This document shows positions 57,501 to 64,000 of a stretch of 64,000 nucleotides of DNA, piece after piece. A model generated the notes under the pieces. It had not been told where the DNA came from. It saw only the letters and a program-made list of their open reading frames with translations, and searched no databases. Numbering within the stretch: the stretch's first letter is position 1; every line of letters begins with the position of its first letter. The stretch is from Candidatus Saccharimonadales bacterium (GTDB lineage Bacteria > Patescibacteriota > UBA1384 > 2-12-FULL-50-11), in the NCBI GenBank assembly GCA_035480235.1, contig DATIHX010000008.1, positions 26,845-90,844 of the forward strand. The letters run 5' to 3'. A program made the position numbers and the translations under genes.

Positions 57501-57593
57501 AACTCGCAAGCGCCGGGTGGCTTGCCAAAAATATATCGCCCCCAGTAAAAAAAGGCCGATAAAACCGATATTAATGTAGGCGTAGAGTTGCAT
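54546..57593 (-). CDS. Membrane-anchored VirD4/TraG/TraD-like (FtsK-HerA superfamily) ATPase, paralog 2, with a C-terminal disordered acidic Pro/Glu/Val-rich tail of about 230 aa.
   Basis: N-terminal TM helix. Walker A GKTGTGKST, Walker B YLYVDEFQNF, followed by ARKYRLNLVMINQYISQ (TraG-D_C-like). Confidence 0.7.
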   Translation of the reverse strand: MQLYAYINIGFIGLFLLGAIYFWQATRRLRVKQNVPLLPVEAGQSKLLSIAVPRNNERTPQAAEQLFAALHGIFRTNAEAQPSISFEIANTQQNIVFYIHVPTDLKDFVLSQIYSQYPNIDVKELSAEEDYAKFSEGNAVAATELTLKRPSTYPIKTFQNFEVDPLSGVTGVLSSAGEGESLWVQTIIRPVDDDWQDQGETEIKNIKKPPKHKHWPELIREKSLLFVLDFGRAVFTGKVAEPEKKEEKKDNKEELTGSQQQAVKGIEEKITKLGFEVVIRLVAIARDPNFATAKLEQLIGAYKQYNSINLNSFVSKEISHDPAAIDLYQARAIGAPDMLFNITELASIYHFPSQTVATPQIAWSGSKKGEPPANLPIIGSVPADELTVFAKVNFRAKEQKFGIKKPDRRLHSYIIGKTGTGKSTLMENMIFDDIREGRGVAVVDPHGELIDHILDFIPEERVNDVVYFSPADYHFPIGFNVLEYVDPEMRNVVASGVVGIFKKIFGESWGPRLEYILRNSVLALLESPNSTLLGVMRILTDNAYRRQVISNVNDPVVKDFFINEFEKYEPKFRQEAIAPIQNKVGQFTSSSTIRNIVGQPKSAFDIRQVMDGGKILLADLSTGKIGEDNSALLGAMLITKIQLAAMSRTNMAEEDRRDFYLYVDEFQNFATDSFATILSEARKYRLNLVMINQYISQMPETVANAVFGNVGTMIAFRVGSGDAEAMKNEFQPVFDVNDLVNLPNRQIYLKMAIDGVTVPAFSAATLPPPEEKARLKDLVIERSREQYATARADVEDYITDWSVPVNLSLDEDKKTKSLKQDWERIVTPKPTPVLPTAPVISESEVPANGALVLEHQPVEQAESEPASAPKNLDDRGVPVEERSDDQPANQPADRGVVSEKPKEPLTGRKLEMLSDRFNRKWYSVSSPTEAGELSGGGTLAGPNSVEVEEPKVETTVQENQNTEPQPVQSGGVGETSDENGHLITWDKADELGLKLPNTTVDAKAPIDDFQPIDEL

Positions 57594-59990
57594 TTAAGTG
57601 GTGGGTTTAGCCGCTGAGGCGTTTGGGGCGAGGATTTGGACGGGGCCCTTGGCGTAGAGCGAACGGTTGTTGGCACGGATCCAGTTGGCCATCTCGACGG
57701 TTCCGGCGCCCGGCGTTTTCAGGCCGTTCATACTGAAGGGTTTGGTCGGCGTCAGATCCACCAGCAGTTTAACATATGTTTGAAAACGATCAAGATTAGT
57801 GAAGTCTTCGATCGTCAAACCGACCATCTCGCGGGCTAAGAATTCGGCGTCTTCGGCGCCGATGCGGTAACTAATGAGGGTGCCGACGTTGCCAATTACC
57901 GCGTCGCGGATTTTTTCCGTCAACTGGGCGAAGTACTGGTTGGTGATGTTTAAGCCCAGCCGATATTTGCGGGCTTCAGCCAAAATGGTGGCGAAGGTGT
58001 CGGTCGTAAAGTTTTGAAATTCGTCCACATAGAGGTAAAAGTCCTTACGATCAGTTTCGGCAATATTTGCTCGGCTAAAAGCGGCGATCTGAATTTTCGA
58101 AACCAAAATCAGGCCGAGCAAATTCGAGTTAATCTCGCCGATTTTGCCTTTAGCTAAATTAACAAAGAGGATTTTGCCGTCGTCCATCAGCTGCCGAAAA
58201 TTAAACGAGCTCTCTTTTTGGCCGATGATGTTGCGCATTAAATCGTTGGTCATAAAACGGCCAAATTTGGAGATGAAATAGTTGTACATCTCGGACTTGT
58301 GAAAATCGGCGGTTTTGGCCAGCTGCTGATCCCAGAAGGCTTTGACGACCGGATCGGTGAGATTGGCCACTGACGCGTCGCGGAAAGCGTCGTCGGTGAA
58401 GAGCCTTGGCAAGTCAATGAGCGTGCCGCCGCCCGGATTATTCATCACCGTTAAAGCAGCGTTGCGAGCCCAGTGCTCCCACTGCGGGCCGACGATACCG
58501 GTGCGGTTCGGGTCGAAAAGTTTGTAGAAAATTTCAATCACTTCTTGAATTAAGAAATCGCGTTCCTCGGGTTTTTGATACTCCAGCAAGTTCAAGCCAA
58601 ACGGGTATTGAGTGTCGGATGGGTCGAATAAAACCACGTCTTTAGCCCGTTCGGTCGGGACTTTCTTGAGGAGCGACTCGATAGCGTCGCCAAGTGGGTC
58701 GATGAAACACAGGCCTTTGCCGGCCGCCATATCTTGCTCGATCATTGTCTCAAACAGCGTCGTTTTACCGACGCCGGTTTTCCCAATCATAAAAATGTGG
58801 CGGCGGCGATCTTCATCTTGCAGGCGGACGTATTGTTTGACGCTGCGGTAGACCGATTCGCCGATGACGATGCCGGCTTTCGGTAAGTTGGCCGGCGCTG
58901 GCAATTTTTTCGCCCCCACCCATTTGACGCCGGGGGTTTCGAGAACGCGGGTGGGTAGATGGAAGAGGCTGGACAACTCCTCGACGTTCAAAAGCATTTT
59001 CGGGGCGCTATTAAACGAGCGCAACAAATACTCCCGGCTGATTTTTTGGCCGGTGGTTTTGCGGTATTTCAAACTATTATATTGCGGCGCGTAAAACTGC
59101 GAGAAAGCGCTAATAATGGTGGTCAGCCCGGCAGCGGCCGAAGCGTCGTCTTTGTCGGTGACGACCACCCGCAACACCGCCTCAAAACCGGTTTTACTGC
59201 CCTTTTCTTGCAAACCTTTCAAGAGCATCTCTTGTTCGGGGCTGACTTTTAAATCTTTGATCGGCGCGGTCGGTTTGACGACTTCGCCGATCTGGCCCAA
59301 AACTCGGGCGGTGCCGGTGCGGTTGACGAGATGGGCCTTGCCTTGCTGGACGTGGCCGGCAGCGATGTTGGTGTGCAGCCGCCAGTTTTCGCCGGTCGGC
59401 CGGATTAGTAGTTGAATCGCCGCGCCGTACGGCAGTTTAGTCATGGCGTTAGTGATCGCTTGGAGCGGATCGGCTTCCAGCGTTTGGTAGGTTTTAATCG
59501 GCAAGACAAAGTTTTTAGCCTGTTGGAAGATTGCCCCTGCCACCACCGGCGTTTCTTTGGTGAATAAACGCGGCGGCGGGCCAAGGGTAATTTCAGCGTG
59601 GGGAAAGTAACTTTGGAGCTGCCGTTCGATCACCTGCTGGACGCGCTTGGGTGCGACAATAGCGAAACTAATAACACCGCCCGAGGAGATAATTTCAAAA
59701 CTGACGTGGGCCGGGTTGCTGAAAAGCCAGTCGAGGAAGTTGCGCTGGTGAATAATGGTGGTGAGCGAGCCGAAAAATTGCTCCATCGGCGCGATCAGAT
59801 CTTTGAAATCCTTGACCGGTTCGTTGACCGATTTGTCGTCACGCTGATTGTCGCGCGGTAGTGAAACCAGCATACAAACCAGGCTGCCGGTGTCGGTGAG
59901 ATCTTCCCGGCGCTGAAAAAACCGAACCAAGAGCATCAAGGCCAGCGGCACCAACACAATAATAAGTAAAATGATGACCAGCGCGCTCAT
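57594..59990 (-). CDS. Membrane-anchored VirD4/TraG/TraD-like ATPase, paralog 1.
   Basis: N-terminal TM helix. Walker A GKTGVGKTT, Walker B YLYVDEFQNF, RKYRLGLNITNQYFAQ. It abuts paralog 2 (stop and start are adjacent). Confidence 0.7.
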   Translation of the reverse strand: MSALVIILLIIVLVPLALMLLVRFFQRREDLTDTGSLVCMLVSLPRDNQRDDKSVNEPVKDFKDLIAPMEQFFGSLTTIIHQRNFLDWLFSNPAHVSFEIISSGGVISFAIVAPKRVQQVIERQLQSYFPHAEITLGPPPRLFTKETPVVAGAIFQQAKNFVLPIKTYQTLEADPLQAITNAMTKLPYGAAIQLLIRPTGENWRLHTNIAAGHVQQGKAHLVNRTGTARVLGQIGEVVKPTAPIKDLKVSPEQEMLLKGLQEKGSKTGFEAVLRVVVTDKDDASAAAGLTTIISAFSQFYAPQYNSLKYRKTTGQKISREYLLRSFNSAPKMLLNVEELSSLFHLPTRVLETPGVKWVGAKKLPAPANLPKAGIVIGESVYRSVKQYVRLQDEDRRRHIFMIGKTGVGKTTLFETMIEQDMAAGKGLCFIDPLGDAIESLLKKVPTERAKDVVLFDPSDTQYPFGLNLLEYQKPEERDFLIQEVIEIFYKLFDPNRTGIVGPQWEHWARNAALTVMNNPGGGTLIDLPRLFTDDAFRDASVANLTDPVVKAFWDQQLAKTADFHKSEMYNYFISKFGRFMTNDLMRNIIGQKESSFNFRQLMDDGKILFVNLAKGKIGEINSNLLGLILVSKIQIAAFSRANIAETDRKDFYLYVDEFQNFTTDTFATILAEARKYRLGLNITNQYFAQLTEKIRDAVIGNVGTLISYRIGAEDAEFLAREMVGLTIEDFTNLDRFQTYVKLLVDLTPTKPFSMNGLKTPGAGTVEMANWIRANNRSLYAKGPVQILAPNASAAKPTT

Positions 59991-60283
59991 GGGTGTTGCT
60001 CGAATTGTTGAGCCAGGCTGTCTTCTAATTGGTCGGCCGGTAGATCGGCCTTAGTGGCAAGGAGCGTTTCTAGACTGATGGGCGGCGGCGCAGTGATTGG
60101 TTCGGCGGTAAGGGGTTGGGGCGAGCTAATCGGTTCATGGCCGAGCGGCGCTACTTCCGCCGGAATTGCTTGGCGAGCGCTCGCCTGTTCTTGGTCGTTA
60201 ATAATAACTGGCGGTGCCGGCTCACCAGCAACATTGGGCAGCGCTTCCGGCCCCACACCAAGAATACTCGGTTTCCCCTCCAT
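59987..60283 (-). CDS. 98-aa acidic Pro-rich protein, translationally coupled (ATGA) to ATPase paralog 1.
   Basis: GGAGGG-like RBS context (taaagtaATGGAGGGG). Low complexity. Confidence 0.4.
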   Translation of the reverse strand: MEGKPSILGVGPEALPNVAGEPAPPVIINDQEQASARQAIPAEVAPLGHEPISSPQPLTAEPITAPPPISLETLLATKADLPADQLEDSLAQQFEQHP

Positions 60284-60300
60284 TACTTTATTACTGTAAC

Positions 60301-61425
60301 TTAACCAAGATACTTTTGGTAGCGCTTCAGAAAACTGCCGTCTTCGATCGAAGCCCGGATGTTTTTCATCAGATTTAAGACAACTGAGAGGTTGTGATAA
60401 CTCAGCGCCCGAAGCGCGAAAGTTTCTTGACTGATGAGCAAATGACGCAGATAAGATTTCGAGAAATTTTGGCAGATTTTGCAGTGGCAATCGGGGTCGA
60501 GCGGCGCGGAATCGGTCCGGTATTGGGCGTTTTTGAGGTCGTGTTGAGTCAGTTTGGTCGTCCAGAAACTGCCGTGGCGAGCCAGGCGGGTGGGCAAAAC
60601 GCAATCGAACATATCGAAGCCCTGGTGGACAGCCCGAATCAGATCCTCAGGGTAACCGACGCCCATAAGGTAATGAGGGCGAAGCGGGTCCAGACCTTTG
60701 GCAACGTAATCGACAGCTTTATTAATCTTGTCTTTGCCTTCCGAGGCGATGGCGACGCCGCCAACCGCTATCCCGTCAAAGGGCAGGGCTTGAATTTCGT
60801 TCATCGACCGAAGGCGGAGATTTTCGTATAAACCGCCCTGAATAATACCAAATAACATTTTTTCCGACTTCCCTCTCCCCTCTTTCTGCCAATGGTCGAT
60901 GGAGCGTTTGGCCCACTCCCCTGTCCTGATGACAGCTGATTCGACCCGTTTCTCCGTTGCCTCTATGGGCGGGCAATCGTCCAGCGGCATCACAATATCG
61001 CTGCCGATTTTAGCTTGAATATCTAAAACCGATTCTGGGGTGAAAAAATGGGCTGAGCCGTCGTATGGCGAATAAAATTTGACGCCGTCGTTGGTAGTTT
61101 TGGCGCTTTTGGCTCGAGTTTCACCGAGCGAGTAGGCTTGGTAGCCACCGGAATCAGTCAGAATCGGCCGCGACCATTCTGACCACTCATTTAAACCACC
61201 GGCTTCGGCGATTAAGTCTTCGCCCGGCCGCAAATGGAGGTGGTAGGTGTTGCCTAAAATGATTTCGGCTCCCAGTTCCTCCATTTCCCAAGGCGCTAGC
61301 GTTTTGACGATGCCTTGGGTGCCGACCGGCATGAAAGCCGGCGTCTGAACGGTGCCGTGCGGCAACTCTAAAATGCCCGTTCGGGCTAAAGACCCTTTAA
61401 GAATTGACTTTATATTAAATTTCAT
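60301..61425 (-). CDS. tgt: Queuine tRNA-ribosyltransferase.
   Basis: GTVQTPAFMPVGT, DSGGYQ and Zn-site CxCxxC...H blocks. Confidence 0.9.
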   Translation of the reverse strand: MKFNIKSILKGSLARTGILELPHGTVQTPAFMPVGTQGIVKTLAPWEMEELGAEIILGNTYHLHLRPGEDLIAEAGGLNEWSEWSRPILTDSGGYQAYSLGETRAKSAKTTNDGVKFYSPYDGSAHFFTPESVLDIQAKIGSDIVMPLDDCPPIEATEKRVESAVIRTGEWAKRSIDHWQKEGRGKSEKMLFGIIQGGLYENLRLRSMNEIQALPFDGIAVGGVAIASEGKDKINKAVDYVAKGLDPLRPHYLMGVGYPEDLIRAVHQGFDMFDCVLPTRLARHGSFWTTKLTQHDLKNAQYRTDSAPLDPDCHCKICQNFSKSYLRHLLISQETFALRALSYHNLSVVLNLMKNIRASIEDGSFLKRYQKYLG

Positions 61426-61483
61426 AATTAGTTGAACCTGCAATATATATTATAATATATACGGGGATTTAGAGATATATTGA

Positions 61484-62005
61484 TTAAATGCCCGCAGGAT
61501 TGATTTTTTGGCACTCGACAGGAACTTCACCGGCGAAAACCAAGCGGTAGCCTTGGCTCATTTGGCAAGGAAAATCTAATTCTTCGGTTGTAAAGCCGAG
61601 ATGAGCTACCATCGACTCGATCGGATCTTCGTGGAACGACAACACAATCTGCTCACCGGCGTGTTTTTGGCAAAGTTCCTGTAAAAAATCTTTGAAAGCC
61701 GCTCCCCGCTCGGCGTAACCCTGCACCTGGCCGTGATACATTTCCGCTAATTCAGACCGGCTGATTATATCCCCTGGAATCTCCGCCGCCACTTTAATAA
61801 TTTCGGCCGTTTCGACGGCCCGCTTCATGTGACTAGAATAAATGACTGATGGCGCAAAACTTTTCAGATACTCCCCTACTCTTTTTTCTTGCGCTCTCCC
61901 CTCTTCCGTTAACACCCGCTCGTTATCGATACCCGCGTCGCTACTAAAATCTTTGTCGGTTTGCCCATGCCGGATGAAAAAAATTACTGTCTGAAGTTTG
62001 GACAT
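61484..62005 (-). CDS. Histidine phosphatase family (PGAM/SixA-like).
   Basis: FFIRHGQT catalytic motif. Confidence 0.8.
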   Translation of the reverse strand: MSKLQTVIFFIRHGQTDKDFSSDAGIDNERVLTEEGRAQEKRVGEYLKSFAPSVIYSSHMKRAVETAEIIKVAAEIPGDIISRSELAEMYHGQVQGYAERGAAFKDFLQELCQKHAGEQIVLSFHEDPIESMVAHLGFTTEELDFPCQMSQGYRLVFAGEVPVECQKINPAGI

Positions 62006-62056
62006 CCCTGTAATTTTACCAGGAAATGTGAGAAAATGCCTTTACACTAACACGTA

Positions 62057-63217
62057 GTGGAGGTCCCAAAAGTGAACATTGACATTATCGGCTGGGGCGA
62101 CACCCCGACTAACCCTAAATTCGCCGTGTTTAACGACGAGGTCATCGACCGAGTCCTGAAACGCCAAGCTAATCTGATATTAAGAGCCCATCACGAAAAA
62201 AAACTTGACGAAGTTGCCAAGTGGGAAGCCGAACTAGAAAAGATGCGGAAACTGACCCCCGAGGCAATAACCGAAAAAATTGGCGTCGTCTGCCGCCAGT
62301 ATTGCTGGGGCAAAACTTCTTATCAATTAGCGGTTGAAGCGGCTAAGCGAGCGATTGAAAAAGCCTATCAAAATGACCCCGATTTCCACGTTTGGAAAAT
62401 TGCGGCTGTATATTTTGGCTCTTCGTCAGCCGACAATGCCTACCCTGGTGGGCACGCTTACGCTCATTACTGCCAAGAGGCGCTCAACTTAGGGCGGGTG
62501 GAGGGCATAACCATTGCTGACGCCTGTTGTTCGGCAACGGCCGTGATGGCGATGGCTCATCGGACGATGAGCTGGAGGCCGGAACGCTACCCGTACATTC
62601 TGGCTCTTTTTGGCGAAGTTGTTGGTTCAACACACAACGCCTTTGAAGATGAGAACGCTACCCTCTGGGGTGATGGCGGCGCGGCTTTAATCCTGCGAGC
62701 CAACCCAAGGGGTGACCCGGCTTGCGGTATCATCGACTCCTATGGTCGAGTAGACGGCACCAGCAACCGACCAGACGGCAAAAACCCGAAATACCTCGCG
62801 ACACTCAGCGAAGGTAACGGCGCCGCCTTGATTCATCGGTGGCTACGGCTTAACAACTCAATGTGCGGCAAAGAGAAGCAGATCTTCCGGGCGGTTGTGG
62901 GCGAGATACCCGACGATATCTTGGAGAACTTCATTTATCCGAACAACTACCTGGAGCTCTTGCGAAGCGAACGGAGCGAGCTCTACCCGCATAACGGCAA
63001 CGAGCATATGCTGGAATCAAACGGCGCCAAATTGGGTATTTCACCCGAACGTATTCGGCACCGTGTTCGGGACAGGGCCAACCAGTCGTCAGTTTCGTCG
63101 GTAAGTAGTTTTGCCTACCACGCCGATCTTGGCTTAGTTACTTCCGGCAAAGCCGTCTGGTTTGAGACGTTTGCCAGCGGGCTTGAGTGGTGGATGCTAC
63201 TAAATGTTATTCCTTGA
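62057..63217 (+). CDS. Thiolase-fold condensing enzyme, FabH/KAS-III-like.
   Basis: Active-site Cys block ADACCSATAV and the ATLWGDGGAAL block. The C-terminal half is divergent. Confidence 0.6.
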   Translation: MEVPKVNIDIIGWGDTPTNPKFAVFNDEVIDRVLKRQANLILRAHHEKKLDEVAKWEAELEKMRKLTPEAITEKIGVVCRQYCWGKTSYQLAVEAAKRAIEKAYQNDPDFHVWKIAAVYFGSSSADNAYPGGHAYAHYCQEALNLGRVEGITIADACCSATAVMAMAHRTMSWRPERYPYILALFGEVVGSTHNAFEDENATLWGDGGAALILRANPRGDPACGIIDSYGRVDGTSNRPDGKNPKYLATLSEGNGAALIHRWLRLNNSMCGKEKQIFRAVVGEIPDDILENFIYPNNYLELLRSERSELYPHNGNEHMLESNGAKLGISPERIRHRVRDRANQSSVSSVSSFAYHADLGLVTSGKAVWFETFASGLEWWMLLNVIP

Positions 63218-63224
63218 ACTCTAT

Positions 63225-63248
63225 CCCCTACTTCGGTGGGGGTTTTTT
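63225..63248 (+). terminator. Intrinsic terminator CCCCTAC-ttcg-GTGGGGG + TTTTTT.
   Basis: Seen directly. Confidence 0.65.
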
Positions 63249-63250
63249 AC

Positions 63251-63609
63251 TTGCCACCCCCCTATTTCGTGGTTACAGTTAAGTCATGCCCTATTGGGGG
63301 GAAAATTTGAGGAACGCCCGCCCGTGTTCTTGGGGACGTTCACGAGATTAGCCGAAGCGGCTCGGTGTTTTGTTTGGGTACGCAGACCGACTGCCGAAGC
63401 GAGCGCCTCCGCGCCGATACTAGTACCACGTCTTTGTTCTTTAGAGATCGGTGAATCGTCCCGGCTTAGTCCTACCACGGGGCAAACGGGCGTCAACCGC
63501 GTACGGAATTTGCGTTCTGTCCAGGCGAATTAGTTGATCATCTTCGTCTGCAGCATGAGGCGGTTGGGAGTGCAAGCAGTGGGAGAACCTCGGCGCGCAA
63601 ACGCCGAGG
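63251..63609 (+). ncRNA. Candidate ncRNA of about 330 nt: promoter TTGCCA-17-TACAGT (63251-63279) to a strong terminator AACCTCGGCG-cgcaaa-CGCCGAGGTT + U-run (63577-63609). No credible ORF. Contains CCCGGCUUA and duplicated GCCGAAGCG motifs.
   Basis: Architecture read directly. I cannot match it by eye to RNase P, tmRNA, SRP or 6S. Confidence 0.4.
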
Positions 63610-63626
63610 TTTCTTTTTAATTACTT

Positions 63627-63839
63627 TTAACTTTTGACTGGCCAGAAGGCGGTGAAAATCGGCCCTTCCAGGCTTTTGACATCTTTCGTTTGCCAGTTGG
63701 CGAGTTTAGCTAGTTCGCGGACTTTTTGGTTTCTGTGGTTTTGGCTGAGGGCGGCGAAAGCTTGCCCTTCTTTTTTGGTCAGTCCCTTACCGTGAGCGGC
63801 TTGGAATAAGTCAGCGAAGCTGTAAGCGCAGTAGTGCAT
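63627..63839 (-). CDS. Hypothetical 70-aa protein.
   Basis: ORF only, with no RBS. Confidence 0.3.
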   Translation of the reverse strand: MHYCAYSFADLFQAAHGKGLTKKEGQAFAALSQNHRNQKVRELAKLANWQTKDVKSLEGPIFTAFWPVKS

Positions 63840-63853
63840 TGGCCCACTGTAAC

Positions 63854-63878
63854 AAAAAACCCGCCGTGATGGCGGGGC
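63854..63878 (-). terminator. Intrinsic terminator (CCCGCC-atcac-GGCGGG + TTTTTT as read on the minus strand) for the gene entering from the right edge.
   Basis: Seen directly. Confidence 0.55.
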
Positions 63879-63880
63879 CT

Positions 63881-64000
63881 AGTTAGGGATACCGAGCGGT
63901 GGCGGTGAAGATCGATCGACAACGATGACTTCGGCATCAATTGCGGCGGCATAGGCCAACATGAACCCATAGCCATTGGCAATGTCGTCTTGGTTCTCGA
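63881..64000 (-). CDS. C-terminal fragment of a gene continuing beyond the window (...IANGYGFMLAYAAAIDAEVIVVDRSSPPPLGIPN*).
   Basis: Open frame running to the window edge. Confidence 0.35.

Noticed and set aside
63204-63533. 109-aa ORF across the terminator-flanked region at 63.2-63.5 kb.
   Set aside because: The translation is Ala/Arg/Pro-rich and non-protein-like. It starts inside the upstream terminator and has no RBS. The region is better explained as a structured RNA.
1-64000. CRISPR arrays and rRNA genes.
   Set aside because: No regularly spaced direct repeats of 24-48 nt and no rRNA-like conserved blocks are visible anywhere in the window.

Overview
This 64-kb window reads as a chromosomal segment of a small-genome, Gram-positive-type bacterium; my guess (inference only) is a CPR/Saccharibacteria-like epibiont, given the sortase, Rpf-like transglycosylase, LytR_C and DUF3048 proteins, the tandem T4SS-type ATPases and the sparse metabolism. 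Housekeeping genes dominate: a glycolytic cluster (pgi/pmi-eno-gpmI), mreB, two glycosyltransferases, nusA, clpC, ftsA-ftsZ, cca, rdgB, rpsU-yqeY-ybeY, an AdoCbl module (nrdJ-pduO), trxA, a DHODH-like gene, a UvrD-type helicase-nuclease, rluA, manC, secD-secF and tgt. Two tRNAs are present, tRNA-Ala(GGC) and tRNA-Leu(CAA). The left edge holds the integrase end of an element: a large serine recombinase whose 3' end overlaps the tRNA-Ala 3' end. The most interesting items are these. (1) A compact SOS module, [95-aa ORF]-dinB, a Nudix-like ORF and lexA, in which the dinB-operon and lexA promoters share an identical GTTCGGTTTTTGTTCG (GTTC-N7-GTTC) direct-repeat operator between -35 and -10. (2) An operon tgt -> Pro-rich small protein -> two tandem, paralogous, membrane-anchored VirD4/TraG-like ATPases, the second with a long disordered tail. 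(3) Several promoter-to-terminator units without credible ORFs, read as candidate small RNAs at about 22.2 kb, 49.2-49.6 kb and 63.3-63.6 kb, plus a riboswitch-like leader ahead of a small membrane protein downstream of nrdJ-pduO. (4) A 41-nt duplication of the enolase start that creates a translationally coupled uORF with the same N-terminus. (5) A GC-richer patch carrying an Rpf-type transglycosylase, which may be horizontally acquired. Short minus-strand orphan genes of unknown function interrupt otherwise conserved plus-strand gene pairs. I found no CRISPR array and no rRNA. All coordinates and motifs were read by eye from the sequence, and nothing was searched against databases.
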